NCBI GenBank assembly: GCA_046313635.1
Contig: JBKBYA010000006.1
Span: 1 to 64,000, forward strand
DNA: 64,000 bases
From: Pyrinomonadaceae bacterium
Lineage (GTDB): Bacteria; Acidobacteriota; Blastocatellia; Pyrinomonadales; Pyrinomonadaceae
Reading direction: 5' to 3'
Of this stretch, positions 1 to 10,217 are shown piece after piece. The notes under the pieces were generated by a model. It saw only the letters and a list, made by a program, of their open reading frames with translations, searched no databases and was not told where the DNA came from. Each line of letters begins with the position of its first letter. The first letter of the stretch is position 1. A program made the position numbers and the translations under genes.

Positions 1-362
1 TCGGCGCAACATTCGGCAAACTCGGCAACAACAACCTTCCCTTCTTCTTCCGCCTCGGGCGCAGGACCAACGATCCTCGCGTCTGGAGTCAGGCACGATT
101 CATCAAGGGCGTCGAGAACGGGAGGATAATCTTTGCTTTTAAGGGCAAGGGCCGCGGGCTGATGAAGGACATTTCGATTGAGAACGGGCGCTGGCTCTTT
201 CGGCTGATGCAGCAGCTCGACGCGTCGCAGCTGCAAGACGCCTTTCGCGCGGCGAACTACTCTCAGCGCGACATCGACACTCTCACAAAAGCTTCGCTGC
301 GTCGGATCCGCGAGCTCGGCAACGCGGTCGGCGAGACCTCACTCGCGATGAGATCAAGATGA
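1..362 (+). CDS. Hypothetical protein, 5'-truncated by window edge
   Basis: Frame is open from position 3 (GATFGKLGNNNLPFFFR...) through the 162..362 ORF; stop overlaps next ATG (ATGA at 359-362). Confidence 0.75.
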   Translation, partial: GATFGKLGNNNLPFFFRLGRRTNDPRVWSQARFIKGVENGRIIFAFKGKGRGLMKDISIENGRWLFRLMQQLDASQLQDAFRAANYSQRDIDTLTKASLRRIRELGNAVGETSLAMRSR

Positions 363-1240
363 GCGGGAGACACAAGAAAATGCTCGCATCTCTCATGCTC
401 GCGCTGGCCATCCCGGTCACGGCCGCGCTGACCGCGTCGGCGGGAGGCTCCGGTATCGCTCTCGACGACGCTCCGGCCACCTCGTCAAACGCCCAGCACG
501 GACAGGTGCAGGACAACCCGTTCGTTGCGGCGGCGCAGCAGTCGCCCGCGGCGAGCGTCGCCGACGAGCCCGAGTCATTGATCGAGAGCGCTCTCAGCAT
601 CATCGGGCGTCTGCTGCTCGCCGTGATGCTCTCGGCCGTGCTCGCCTTCAGGCCGCGGCAGAATGTACCGCTCTTCCGCAAGAGCCTCTTTGTCTCGCAG
701 ACCCAGATCCTGCTCGCGGTGGTCGCGGCGGCGCTGATGATGATCGTCGGCGACAACACCGCGCGGGCCTTTGCTATCTTTGCGGCGGTATCGCTCGTAC
801 GCTTCCGCACAAATATCCGAGACCCTAAAGAGATAACAGTTCTGCTGATCAGTCTCGCTCTCGGCCTGTCGGCCGGCGTCGGCCGCTGGGAGCTCGGCAT
901 CGCGCTCTGCCTGTTTGCCCTCGCCCTTTTGTGGCTGCTCGAATACAACGAGTCGGCCCAGGTCTTTCGGTCGATGGAGCTGACCGTCAAGAGTCGCGAT
1001 CCCGAGCACACTCAGGACATACTTCGCAAACTTCTTAAAAAGTACAAGCTCGATGCCGAGATGCGTGAGATCGTGCCGCCCGACGCCAAGTCGGGCCTCG
1101 GCTCGATCGTCTATTATATGAATCTGCGGCTGAGCCTCAGCACAGACCACCTCAGCGAGCGAATAATGCGGCTCGACCCCGAGAACGTCGAGGGCATACA
1201 GTGGTCGCAGAAGAAAGGCATCAGCGATATTTATCAATAA
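359..1240 (+). CDS. DUF4956-family membrane protein
   Basis: Motif RAFAIFAAVSLVRFRTNIRDPKE...GL..GVG, several TM helices, soluble C-terminal domain. Confidence 0.75.
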   Translation: MSGRHKKMLASLMLALAIPVTAALTASAGGSGIALDDAPATSSNAQHGQVQDNPFVAAAQQSPAASVADEPESLIESALSIIGRLLLAVMLSAVLAFRPRQNVPLFRKSLFVSQTQILLAVVAAALMMIVGDNTARAFAIFAAVSLVRFRTNIRDPKEITVLLISLALGLSAGVGRWELGIALCLFALALLWLLEYNESAQVFRSMELTVKSRDPEHTQDILRKLLKKYKLDAEMREIVPPDAKSGLGSIVYYMNLRLSLSTDHLSERIMRLDPENVEGIQWSQKKGISDIYQ

Positions 1241-1268
1241 AAAAGAGCGGGCCGGAAGCCCGCTCTTT
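1241..1268. terminator. Bidirectional intrinsic terminator
   Basis: AAAGAGCGGGC-CGGAA-GCCCGCTCTTT hairpin between convergent genes. Confidence 0.75.
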
Positions 1269-1290
1269 CGCTGGTTTACCAATTATCCGA

Positions 1291-1902
1291 TCAATTCGCG
1301 ACCGTCGAAGCATGGCCGGCCGCGGCGGCGGTCCTCGCGGCAGCCTCTGCCGCGCGTCGCTCGGTCAGCATTGCGGCGTATCTCTTGACATACCGCTTGA
1401 GTGCGCCGTGCACGAGGCCGGTGGAGAAGTTGTAGTTTTTCATCTCGGCATACGACTTGTCATAGTCCCAGCCTTCGTTCTGCATCCGGTAGATCGCTCC
1501 GGTGATGCCCGTGCGATGGATGCCCGCCTTGCAGTGCACAAATACCTTACCCGTCGACGGGTCGTTCATGATATCGAGAAACGTCTGAATATCGGCGTCC
1601 TTCGGGCTGCGCCACCCGCTCATCGGCAGATTGATGTACTTGATGCCGACGGCCTCGGCGGCCGACTTTTCGTAATCTGTCGGATCGTTGCGGAGGTCAA
1701 TGATGGTATTGATCCCGAGTTTGGCCAGCGACGCATAGTCGTCGGGCATCGGCTGCGCGCCTCGGTAGTACTTGTCGGTCATCTGTCCGAAGTTACCGAT
1801 CTTGATGCCTTCGAACTGGCTCGGTGATGTCTGGGCTGAAACGGCAATGGCGAGAATTAGGGTCGATGCTAATGCGAGAGCGGAATTTCGAAACGATCTC
1901 AT
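1291..1902 (-). CDS. Secreted dual-specificity/tyrosine phosphatase (CX5R, PFA-DSP/Siw14-like)
   Basis: NFGQ...YYRGAQP, IIDLR and HCKAGIHRTG P-loop; start moved to ATG 1902 (GGAG upstream); signal peptide MRSFRNSALALASTLILAIAVSA. Confidence 0.85.
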   Translation of the reverse strand: MRSFRNSALALASTLILAIAVSAQTSPSQFEGIKIGNFGQMTDKYYRGAQPMPDDYASLAKLGINTIIDLRNDPTDYEKSAAEAVGIKYINLPMSGWRSPKDADIQTFLDIMNDPSTGKVFVHCKAGIHRTGITGAIYRMQNEGWDYDKSYAEMKNYNFSTGLVHGALKRYVKRYAAMLTERRAAEAAARTAAAAGHASTVAN

Positions 1903-2085
1903 TGTCTGTTTTTCTCCGTGTCTAGGGACGAGCCGGCGTTGTGCTAACCTTACTCGTTTGTGGGAACCTGCTTCCTGCCTCTGACCGGTCGGCACGCGCA
2001 TATCCTGGAAGCATCTCGAGGCCGTTGAAGTGCGTGCGAATACGCTTTAGACGAACCACCATTTCGGTGCGTTGCCAAAATTTTA

Positions 2086-2988
2086 GTGACCCAGCAGCGT
2101 TTGCATTCAACTCGCTTCCCGCCCGTCGTTTACGTCCTGATGGCCGTTATCCTCTGGAGCACCGGCGGGCTTTTTATCAAGCTCACGACGCTCGACGCCT
2201 TTGCCGTCAATTTGGGCCGATCGCTGTTTGCGGCGATCGTCGTCGCGGCCTTTACATACAAGAAAGGACTGCGGCTCGACCGTTTCACCGTGTTTACGTC
2301 GCTGCTCTACGCCGGGACGCTGTCATCCTTTGTTTATGCGACCAAGAATACGACCGCGGCCAACGCGATCTTTCTGCAGTACACGGCTCCGGTCTACATC
2401 CTGGTCCTCTCGCCGCTGATACTCGGCGAGAAGTTTCGGCTCGGCGATCTGACGACCGTTATTTTATGCATCGGCGGAATGAGCCTCTTCTTTCTGGACC
2501 AGACCGGCGTCGCGACGGCCCCAAACCCGTACATCGGCAACATTGCCGGTCTTGTCTCGGGGCTTTTCTTTGGGCTCTATTTTATCTATCTCCGCCACCG
2601 GCGCTCGCTTCAGAAGAATCCTGCACTCTCGGTCTTTTACGGCAACCTGATAATCGTCGTGCTGATGGTGCCGTTTGTCGCAGCCGATCCGCCGGCGGCG
2701 ATCAGCGGGTCGGACGTCACGGCAGTTGCGTTCCTCGGGATCTTCCAGATCGGAACGGCATACATCCTCTTCACGACGGGCCTCGCCGCGGGAGTCCGCT
2801 CGATGGACGCAAGCATCATCGGCTTTATCGAGCCTCTGTTCAATCCGGTCTGGGTCTTCCTCTTTGTACACGAGGCCCCGTCTCGCTGGGCCCTCGTCGG
2901 CGGTGCGATCATCCTCGCGGCAGTTGGATTTCATACGCTCCGCCAGCAGGCGTCTAACCGCCGAACGGAATTGCCCGCAAAGGCCTGA
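2086..2988 (+). CDS. EamA/DMT family transporter
   Basis: About 10 TM helices, two EamA repeats (LWSTGG, ANAIFLQYTAP, IEPLFNPVW). Confidence 0.9.
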   Translation: MTQQRLHSTRFPPVVYVLMAVILWSTGGLFIKLTTLDAFAVNLGRSLFAAIVVAAFTYKKGLRLDRFTVFTSLLYAGTLSSFVYATKNTTAANAIFLQYTAPVYILVLSPLILGEKFRLGDLTTVILCIGGMSLFFLDQTGVATAPNPYIGNIAGLVSGLFFGLYFIYLRHRRSLQKNPALSVFYGNLIIVVLMVPFVAADPPAAISGSDVTAVAFLGIFQIGTAYILFTTGLAAGVRSMDASIIGFIEPLFNPVWVFLFVHEAPSRWALVGGAIILAAVGFHTLRQQASNRRTELPAKA

Positions 2989-3134
2989 ACATCGCGGAAT
3001 TAACGGCTTAACACCCTTTCTTGTGGTGTGTTAAGATTTTTGAAAGCATTCGATAAGCGGCAGTTATTCCCATAACCTGGTTAGATCTTTTTGACGTGAC
3101 TTTAGCCGGAAGGCGTCCGGCCGGAATTAAATTT

Positions 3135-5039
3135 ATGACTAATTTTTCAATACCCGAGGGCATTAAGAATACCGAATTAAAGCGTTGGGTCACGGAGATG
3201 GTCGAGCTCTGTAAACCCGACAACGTCCATTGGTGCGACGGCTCCGACGAGGAATACGACCGCCTGTGCGAGCAGATGGTCGAGAGCGGCACCTTTATCC
3301 GCCTCGATCAGGAAAAGCGTCCCAACAGCTTCCTCGCCCGCTCGCACCCGTCCGACGTGGCGCGCGTCGAGGACCGCACTTACATCTGCTCTCGCAGCAA
3401 GGGCGACGCCGGGCCGACAAATAACTGGATGGCCCCGGCCGACATGAAGTCGATCCTGACCAAAAAGTTTGACGGCTCGATGAAGGGCCGGACGATGTAC
3501 GTAATCCCGTTCTGCATGGGCCCGATCGGATCGCCCATCTCGCAGTTCGGCGTGCAGCTCTCCGATTCGCCTTACGTCGTCGTCAATATGAAGATCATGA
3601 CCCGAATGGGCCAGCGGGCGCTCGACGCGCTGGGTGACGGCGAATTCGTCCACTGTCTCCATTCGGTCGGAATGCCGCTCGCAGAGGGCCAGGCCGACGT
3701 GCCGTGGCCGTGCTCGCCCGACCCGAAGGACAAGTACATCGTCCACTTCCCCGAGGAGAGATTGATCTGGAGCTACGGCTCAGGCTATGGCGGCAACGCG
3801 CTGCTCGGTAAGAAGTGTCTTGCGCTCCGCATCGCCTCGACGCTCGGCCGCGAGCAGGGCTGGCTCGCCGAGCATATGCTGATCGTCGGCGTTAAGTCGC
3901 CCGACGGCCGCAAGGATTACGTCTGCGCCGCATTCCCGTCGGCCTGCGGCAAGACCAACTTTGCGATGCTCATCCCGCCCAAGCCTTTCCAGGAAGAAGG
4001 CTGGGAGATAACGACCGTCGGCGACGACATCGCCTGGATCAAGCCGGACGAGAAGGGCAAGCTCCACGCGATCAATCCCGAGGCTGGATTTTTCGGCGTT
4101 GCTCCGGGGACCAACTACGAGACCAACCCGAATGCGATGGAGTCGATCAAGGCCAACACCATCTTTACAAACGTGGCCCTGACCGACGACGGTGACGTCT
4201 GGTGGGAAGGGATGGGCCCGGCCCCGGCACACGCGATCGACTGGCAGGGCAACGACTGGACGCCCGACTCGGGCAAGCCGGCCGCGCACCCGAATGCACG
4301 GTTCACCGCTCCGATCACGCAGTGCCCGGTCGTCGACGAGAACTTTGACAATCCGAAGGGCGTGCCCGTCTCGGCCTTTGTCTTCGGCGGCCGCCGCAAT
4401 TCGGTCGTGCCGCTAATCCAGCAGTCTTTCAACTGGGCGTTCGGCGTTTATATGGCCGCGACGATGGGGTCGGAGATGACGGCTGCCGCCTTCGGCAACA
4501 TCGGCGAGGTCCGCCGCGATCCATTCGCGATGCTGCCGTTTGCCGGTTATCACATGGGCGACTATTTCGCTCACTGGCTCGACCTCGGGCGTCAGATACC
4601 CGAGCCGCCGCGCATCTTTTCGGTCAACTGGTTTCGCAAGGACGAGAACGGCAAATTCATGTGGCCAGGTTTTGGCGAGAATATGCGCGTCCTCAAGTGG
4701 ATCGTCGAGCGTGCCCGCGGCAAATCGATCGGCGTCGAGACACCGCTCGGCTGGATGCCGCGCTACGAGGACATAGATTGGACCGGGCTCGACTACAGCC
4801 GCGAGCAGTTTGAAAAGGTTATGAGTCTCGACCGCGATATGTGGATCAAAGAGATCTCGACGCACGACGATCTATTCTTTAAGCTTTACGATCGTCTGCC
4901 GAAGGAGATGACGTTCATCCGCGAGCTGCTTGTATCAAACCTATGGCGCTCGCCCGAGCTCGGCCTCGCGACGCCGCGGCCCGAGCCGCCTGCCGAGACG
5001 GCCGTTCCGGCCCAGAAGGCAATCGGCCAGGCCGAATGA
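3135..5039 (+). CDS. pckG: Phosphoenolpyruvate carboxykinase (GTP)
   Basis: [55 protein letters not shown] motifs. Confidence 0.97.
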   Translation: MTNFSIPEGIKNTELKRWVTEMVELCKPDNVHWCDGSDEEYDRLCEQMVESGTFIRLDQEKRPNSFLARSHPSDVARVEDRTYICSRSKGDAGPTNNWMAPADMKSILTKKFDGSMKGRTMYVIPFCMGPIGSPISQFGVQLSDSPYVVVNMKIMTRMGQRALDALGDGEFVHCLHSVGMPLAEGQADVPWPCSPDPKDKYIVHFPEERLIWSYGSGYGGNALLGKKCLALRIASTLGREQGWLAEHMLIVGVKSPDGRKDYVCAAFPSACGKTNFAMLIPPKPFQEEGWEITTVGDDIAWIKPDEKGKLHAINPEAGFFGVAPGTNYETNPNAMESIKANTIFTNVALTDDGDVWWEGMGPAPAHAIDWQGNDWTPDSGKPAAHPNARFTAPITQCPVVDENFDNPKGVPVSAFVFGGRRNSVVPLIQQSFNWAFGVYMAATMGSEMTAAAFGNIGEVRRDPFAMLPFAGYHMGDYFAHWLDLGRQIPEPPRIFSVNWFRKDENGKFMWPGFGENMRVLKWIVERARGKSIGVETPLGWMPRYEDIDWTGLDYSREQFEKVMSLDRDMWIKEISTHDDLFFKLYDRLPKEMTFIRELLVSNLWRSPELGLATPRPEPPAETAVPAQKAIGQAE

Positions 5040-5047
5040 TCCTGTGT

Positions 5048-5076
5048 ACGCCCGGTCACGAGATCGGGCGTTTTTT
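5048..5076 (+). terminator. Intrinsic terminator after pckG
   Basis: ACGCCCGGTC-ACGA-GATCGGGCGT followed by T-tract. Confidence 0.8.
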
Positions 5077-5220
5077 ATCTGTGATCCGGCCATTTATGGC
5101 CGGCCGACGACGAGCGTTTCGCCCCGGGCCCGACAGCGGCGAGTTGCCCGGCGACGTGCAATTCTTTATCGTTCTCAATACCCCCGACGATACGATCAGA
5201 TATTCGAAAGGAGATCACTG

Positions 5221-5631
5221 ATGGAAAGAGTTCTGGGACGTTATTCCGGACACGTTTACGCACTGCTGCGCATCGTCGCCGGATTTTTGTTTTTGCTTCA
5301 CGGGACGCAAAAGCTCTTTAACCTGCCGCCGGGGCAAGGCGGCGGCGAAGTGAGCGGACTGCCGCTGATCGCCGGCGTCATCGAGCTGGTCGGCGGCCTG
5401 ATGATAATGCTCGGCCTGTTTGCCTCGATCGCAGCATTTATCGCCAGCGGGACGATGGCCGTCGCATATTTTATGGTGCACCAGCCGATGGGGGCCCTGC
5501 CGATACAGAACCGCGGCGAATTGGCGGCGCTTTATAGCTTCGTCTTTCTCTACATCGCGGCCCGCGGGTCAGGCCCTTGGAGCATTGACGCGCTGATCCG
5601 CGGACGCAGCACTCTCGACGGCGCCGAATGA
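5221..5631 (+). CDS. DoxX family membrane protein
   Basis: LLRIVAGFLFLLHGTQKLF, IELVGG, MAVAYF..H, NRGELA; AAGGAG RBS before ATG 5221. Confidence 0.9.
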   Translation: MERVLGRYSGHVYALLRIVAGFLFLLHGTQKLFNLPPGQGGGEVSGLPLIAGVIELVGGLMIMLGLFASIAAFIASGTMAVAYFMVHQPMGALPIQNRGELAALYSFVFLYIAARGSGPWSIDALIRGRSTLDGAE

Positions 5632-5677
5632 GCCGCCGGGCAAAGAACATCGGACAAACATAATCAAAGAGTCAACT

Positions 5678-6388
5678 ATGGAAACCTATACAACCTCACT
5701 CGGCAATTCGGCGGCGAACGCCTTGCCGGCCAACCGAGCTCAGTTCATCCGCAAGACGTACACGCTGCTTGCGGTCGCGATCGCGGCCTTTATCGGCGTC
5801 GAGGTCGTACTCTTTACGAGCGGGGCGGCTCAGATGGTCGCGTCGCTGATCTTCGGCACGGGCGGAATGGGCTGGCTCGCGGTGCTCGGGCTCTTTATGC
5901 TCGTGTCGTTCTTGTCGGAGCGGTGGGCGACATCGGAGACGTCCGCGGCGACGCAGTACTTCGGCCTTGCGGTTTACGTCGTGGCCGAGGCTCTGATATT
6001 CGTCCCGCTTCTCTATCTCGCGACATACTACGCCGAGGACGCGAACGTGATCCTAAAGGCCGGTATCGTCTCGATCGGACTCTTTCTCGGCATCACGGCG
6101 ACGGTGCTTTTGACGCGAAGCGACTTTTCGTTCCTTGGCCCGATCCTGGCGATCGGCGGATTCGCGGCAATGGGATTCATCGTTGCGAGCCTCATCTTCG
6201 GCTTCACGCTCGGGAACGTTTTTGCGTTCGTGATGGTGGCGTTTGCCGGCTCCGCGATCTTGTACCAGACGTCTAACGTGCTGCACCGGTTTCGCACCGA
6301 TCAGCATGTCGCCGCGTCGCTCGTGCTCTTTGCGAGTGTCGCACTGCTCTTCTGGTACATCCTGAGGATCTTCAGCTCGCGGCGTTAA
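5678..6388 (+). CDS. Bax inhibitor-1/YccA family membrane protein
   Basis: RAQFIRKTY, 7 [30 protein letters not shown]. Confidence 0.9.
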   Translation: METYTTSLGNSAANALPANRAQFIRKTYTLLAVAIAAFIGVEVVLFTSGAAQMVASLIFGTGGMGWLAVLGLFMLVSFLSERWATSETSAATQYFGLAVYVVAEALIFVPLLYLATYYAEDANVILKAGIVSIGLFLGITATVLLTRSDFSFLGPILAIGGFAAMGFIVASLIFGFTLGNVFAFVMVAFAGSAILYQTSNVLHRFRTDQHVAASLVLFASVALLFWYILRIFSSRR

Positions 6389-6410
6389 ATTGGGCTACAA
6401 TTCACGCGTT

Positions 6411-6971
6411 ATGAAAAAACTAATTCTGCTTTTATCGGTGTTCGGCGCGCTGTCGGTCGCGGCGTTCGGGCAAGCGGCCCCGGCCGCTCCGCAGACGTCC
6501 CTGAAGGTCGGCGACACGGCTCCGGATTTCACGCTGACCGATACCGAAGGCAAGCAGGTGAAGCTGAGCGACTTTCGCGGAAAGAAGAATGTCGTTCTCG
6601 CCTTTTACGTGCTCGCCTTCACGGGCGGCTGAACGAAGGAGCTGCAGGCGTATCAGGCTGATATCGCCAAATTCGAAGCCAACGAAACACAGGTGCTCGG
6701 GATCAGCATGGACAGCTTTGCGTCGAACAAGGCCTTTGCCGAAAAGATCGGCGTAAAGTTCCCGCTGCTTAGCGACTGGATGAGAACGACGACGAAAGAG
6801 TACGGACTCTACGACGAGGCCCGCGGCTACGGCAGCCGTGCGACCTTTGTCGTCGACAAAGAAGGCAAGATCCAGCACATCGAAACCGGCCGCACCGCCA
6901 TCGACCCAACCGGCGCATACCAGGCGTGTGATCTGCTGCAGAAGAAGAAGGCTGTAGAGAAGAAGCAGTAA
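6411..6971 (+). CDS. Exported peroxiredoxin/redoxin (AhpC-TSA, BCP/AhpE-like) with in-frame UGA, probable selenocysteine
   Basis: ORFs 6390..6632 and 6693..6971 share a frame; TGA 6630-6632 sits at the peroxidatic Cys position ([14 protein letters not shown]); downstream sequence continues as normal Prx ([23 protein letters not shown]). Confidence 0.85.
6647..6668 (+). promoter_or_regulatory. Putative bacterial SECIS hairpin
   Basis: GGCG-TATC-AGGCT-GATA-T-CGCC stem-loop starting 14 nt after the UGA, with G in the apical loop. Confidence 0.7.
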
Positions 6972-6973
6972 GA

Positions 6974-7141
6974 GCTGGAAAGTGAGAAGGTGAGAAAGGG
7001 AGAAGGTGAGAAAGGGAGAAGGTGAGAGAGTGAGAAGGTGAGAGAGTGAGAAAGTGAGAAAGGGAGAAACTGAGTCGGCTGACTAGGTCTCACTTTCTCC
7101 CCCTCTCACTTTCTCACTTTCTCACTTTCTCTTCCTCCAGC
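6974..7141. repeat. Inverted tandem 8-mer repeat (GAGARRGK)n
   Basis: About 11 units 6984-7071 and about 5 reverse-complement units 7088-7131, closed by GCTGGA/TCCAGC; between convergent genes. Confidence 0.9.
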
Positions 7142-7143
7142 AC

Positions 7144-7455
7144 TTAGAACGGAGGCTCGTCGTCAAAGACGATCCTCTTTTTTATTCCAGGCTGGCCCAT
7201 TTCGGAGTCGGCCTTTTCGCGCAAGGATGCTGGGTCGAGGTCTTGCAGCAGCGGATTGCCTTCGTTGTCTTTGAGCAGAACTTCGATGCGGCGCTCGGCC
7301 TCGCTGAGACGCTCGCGGCATTCGCGTGAGAGCGTGACGCCTTTTTCAAAAAGCTTCAGGCTGTCCTCGAGCGAGAGGTTCCCTTCTTCCAACTGGCGAA
7401 CGATGCGTTCGAGCTGATCGAGCGAGGCTTCAAAGGTCTTTTCCATCTTGGCCAT
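7144..7455 (-). CDS. xseB: Exodeoxyribonuclease VII small subunit
   Basis: [34 protein letters not shown]...C...L..AERRIEVL. Confidence 0.95.
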   Translation of the reverse strand: MAKMEKTFEASLDQLERIVRQLEEGNLSLEDSLKLFEKGVTLSRECRERLSEAERRIEVLLKDNEGNPLLQDLDPASLREKADSEMGQPGIKKRIVFDDEPPF

Positions 7456-8126
7456 TATCTTAAAAACTCCTCTGCCTGTTTCAAAACGTTCTGCAGATTT
7501 GAGACGCCGAGCTTGCGGCCTGCCTTTTCGGCGTCGCCGTTCGTTGCCGCGACGGCGATGATCTCCTGACCGATCTTTTGCGCGATCGAGGTCGCGAGCT
7601 TTTCGTCGCGGAGGCCGACGACCTTCCAGCGTTCGCCGCTCCGCTGCATCTTCAGCTCGAGCGGACGGTCGGGTATCTTGCTCGCGACCTGCGCGGTGTC
7701 GCCGTTGACGGTGACCTCAAGAAACCGGTCCGCCCCGATCACCATTCCCGCGAAGGGCACGCTTTCAAACTTCTCCGTCCGATCCCGAATCACGCGGCCA
7801 AGCTCGGCGCGTGCGCGCTCTTTGACGGCCGGCATCAGCGGCGCGGCGATGCGTTGAAGGTCGCTGACTCTCTGCTGCGGCAGGCCGCGGCCGTAGAGTT
7901 CGTAGGCCTTGCCCGTTACCTGCGGCAAAAAGTCGTCCGCGACCGCGTCGATGTCGACGAGCGCATTCAGCTCCGCATTGTCGTCACGCCGCGCGGCGTC
8001 AACGATCAGGGCGAGCGAATATTGCGGAGTCCGCTTCTGCGACTGCCAGTAAAAGTAGCCGCCGGCTGCCGCGATAATTAAGACGACCGCCAGCACGGCG
8101 AATGTGATCTTGAATGCTCTTCCCAC
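7455..8126 (-). CDS. Membrane-anchored hypothetical protein (DUF2939-like)
   Basis: N-terminal TM, then TPQYSL...AARRDD...LVDIDAV; C-terminal WKVVG strand. Confidence 0.65.
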   Translation of the reverse strand: MGRAFKITFAVLAVVLIIAAAGGYFYWQSQKRTPQYSLALIVDAARRDDNAELNALVDIDAVADDFLPQVTGKAYELYGRGLPQQRVSDLQRIAAPLMPAVKERARAELGRVIRDRTEKFESVPFAGMVIGADRFLEVTVNGDTAQVASKIPDRPLELKMQRSGERWKVVGLRDEKLATSIAQKIGQEIIAVAATNGDAEKAGRKLGVSNLQNVLKQAEEFLR

Positions 8127-8137
8127 TTGTTTTACTT

Positions 8138-8384
8138 GAGCCCGCTAAAGCGGGCAGTTCGCAAATTCCGCGGAACGGCCGCCGCGAATGTTTCGGTAAT
8201 TAGGTTTCGCATTACCCCGGGCTTTAGCCCGGGGTAACGGATCCAATAAATGTTCTGAGCTGCCGGAGGCAGCGGCATATCGCCGGTTGTCATTCACCCG
8301 CTAAAGCGGGCTCGGATCGTCCTTATCGCGACCAAACCCCGGGCTGAAGCCCGGGGCTATTTTCTCTGGCCCGCTCTCGCGGGC
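8138..8384. repeat. REP/BIME-like cluster of palindromes
   Basis: GCCCGCTAAAGCGGGC, TTACCCCGGGCTTTAGCCCGGGGTAA, CCCGCTAAAGCGGG, CCCCGGGCTGAAGCCCGGGG, GCCCGCTCTCGCGGGC. Confidence 0.8.
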
Positions 8385-8417
8385 GGCGATTTTTAGTTCG
8401 TCCGCATTCGTCGCGGG

Positions 8418-9809
8418 CTACGCTTTCTCGATCTTTTTCACCTCGACGGTCAGGTCGCCGTCGTGTAGTTTCACGTTGAGCTGCTCGTCGGGATTCACGC
8501 CGACGACGCTGCCGACGATCTCGCCGGTGCGGCGCTGCGTGATCGAGAATCCGCGTTTCAAAACCGACAGCGGCGACATCGCATCGAGCGAAGCCATCGT
8601 CACCTCGAGCGCCTTATCCTTGGCCGCGACCGAATTGCGAACGCCGGCAGCCGCCCGCGCCTCGAGCATCGTTAGCCGCGTTCGATCGCCCGCGACCTTC
8701 GATGCGAGGTGAAGCGGCGAGAGTTGGGTTGTCAGTTTGTCGAGCCGCGAACGCAAAGCCGCGACGCGCTCGTTCCACAACGCGTCGATGCGGCAGCGAA
8801 GGTCGTCGACGTCGCTTTTCATGCGCTCGACTCGGTTCGGGAAATCGACAAAGACCGGCGACATCGCAAGCCGCTGAAGGTTTGCCCGCGCCGTCACGAG
8901 CTGATGCCCGAGCGCCGCAAAGAGACGATAGGTGCGGCCGTCGATAAAATCCTGCAATTCCGCCTCGGCCGCCGCGACGATCTCGGCCGCTGCCGAAGGC
9001 GTTGCAGCTCGCAGGTCGGCGACGAAGTCCGCGATCGTGAAATCCACCTCGTGCCCGACCGCCGAGATCACCGGTATTTTTGAATCGCGTATCGCCCGCG
9101 CCAGACGCTCCTCGTTAAAGGCCCACAGATCTTCTGCCGAGCCGCCGCCGCGGCCGACGATGAGGACGTCGATGCGTTCGCCCTTCGCGGCCTTTTTGTT
9201 GTACTGGTTGGCAAACGCGATCGCCGCGCGGATCTCCTCGCCGGCGCCTTCGCCCTGCACGCGTGTCGGAATGAGTACGATGTGCACCGAACGCGTCCGC
9301 CGCGAGAGCACGTGGAGAATGTCGAAGTACGCCGCGCCGTTCGGGCTCGTCACGACGCCGACGCGCCGCGGCAAGACGGGCAGCTTGCGTTTGAGCTCGC
9401 GGGCAAAGAGCCCCTCGGCCTCAAGCTTTGCCTTGATCTGCTCGTAAGCGATCCTCAGAGCGCCTTCGCCGACGGGCTCGAGCGACTCGACGAGTATCTG
9501 GTATTCGCCGCGCGGCTCGTACAGCGTCATCCGCCCGCGCACGCGCACCTGCAGACCGTCGAATGGCTGGAACTGTATCCGGTAATTCGCCCCGCGGTAG
9601 CACGCCGCCCGGAGCTGCGATCTGCCGTCGTGCAGAGTGAAGTACCAGTGCCCCGACTTCGCCGCGACAAAATTAACCACCTCGCCCTCGACCCAAACGC
9701 TCGCAAACCGCCGCTCCAGCTCCTGCCGAACCTGCGCGTTGAGCTCCGAAACCGACAGAGGCCGCCGTTCCTGCTCGTCAAAAAGTGATTGTAAGAGTGA
9801 GCTGGTCAA
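8418..9809 (-). CDS. xseA: Exodeoxyribonuclease VII large subunit
   Basis: SVSELN, WVEGEV, SGHWYFTL, VGRGGGSAEDLWAFNEE, SAVGHEVDFTIADFVADLRAATPSAAAE. Confidence 0.97.
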   Translation of the reverse strand: MTSSLLQSLFDEQERRPLSVSELNAQVRQELERRFASVWVEGEVVNFVAAKSGHWYFTLHDGRSQLRAACYRGANYRIQFQPFDGLQVRVRGRMTLYEPRGEYQILVESLEPVGEGALRIAYEQIKAKLEAEGLFARELKRKLPVLPRRVGVVTSPNGAAYFDILHVLSRRTRSVHIVLIPTRVQGEGAGEEIRAAIAFANQYNKKAAKGERIDVLIVGRGGGSAEDLWAFNEERLARAIRDSKIPVISAVGHEVDFTIADFVADLRAATPSAAAEIVAAAEAELQDFIDGRTYRLFAALGHQLVTARANLQRLAMSPVFVDFPNRVERMKSDVDDLRCRIDALWNERVAALRSRLDKLTTQLSPLHLASKVAGDRTRLTMLEARAAAGVRNSVAAKDKALEVTMASLDAMSPLSVLKRGFSITQRRTGEIVGSVVGVNPDEQLNVKLHDGDLTVEVKKIEKA

Positions 9810-9885
9810 GGTGTATCTGTGACGCCGCTGCGGTCAGGGGCGCAGTTCCAATTTGAACACACAGACCGGAAATCGCGAAGACGGC

Positions 9886-10196
9886 AGTCCACGGAGCGGA
9901 CGGAATATTTGTAGCCACGGGTGGAGCAAAGCGGAACTCGTGGTCACACGGAAAAATCGACCGGAGCGTGTGAAACTCGCGACATAGGAGTCCGTGTGGG
10001 TGACGCCGCGGTCTTCAACGGCTCGATGACTCGTCGATACGGTTCCCACACCTTGCGATGTGGGCTACAAATATTTCGCGTGCTAAGCACGCTTGTTTTT
10101 TCTTCAGCACAATTGTTTTTTTTCTATTGATGACGAAACCCCAGGTTTCGCTTCGTTGCACCTGGGGCTAATGCTCCGGCGTCCGATCCGCGGACT
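9886..10196. repeat. REP/BIME-like cluster of palindromes
   Basis: Perfect 13-bp inverted repeat AATATTTGTAGCC (9904-9916)/GGCTACAAATATT (10063-10075); hairpins CCCCAGGT...ACCTGGGG and GCGTGCTAAGCACGC; outer AGTCC..GGACG/CGTCC..GGACT. Confidence 0.75.
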
Positions 10197-10217
10197 TTGG
10201 ATCATTCGTTGACTGGG

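Noticed and set aside
1941..2957. 338-aa alternative-frame ORF over the EamA gene
   Set aside because: Arg/Pro-rich off-frame translation; 2086..2988 has the recognisable transporter.
6630..6632. Peroxiredoxin as a nonsense pseudogene or two genes
   Set aside because: The stop is UGA exactly at the catalytic Cys codon, both halves are intact, and a SECIS-like hairpin follows.
6974..7141. CRISPR array (also considered 42535-42678 and FG-GAP coding repeats)
   Set aside because: Units are 7-8 bp without unique spacers, or are protein-coding repeats; no cas genes.
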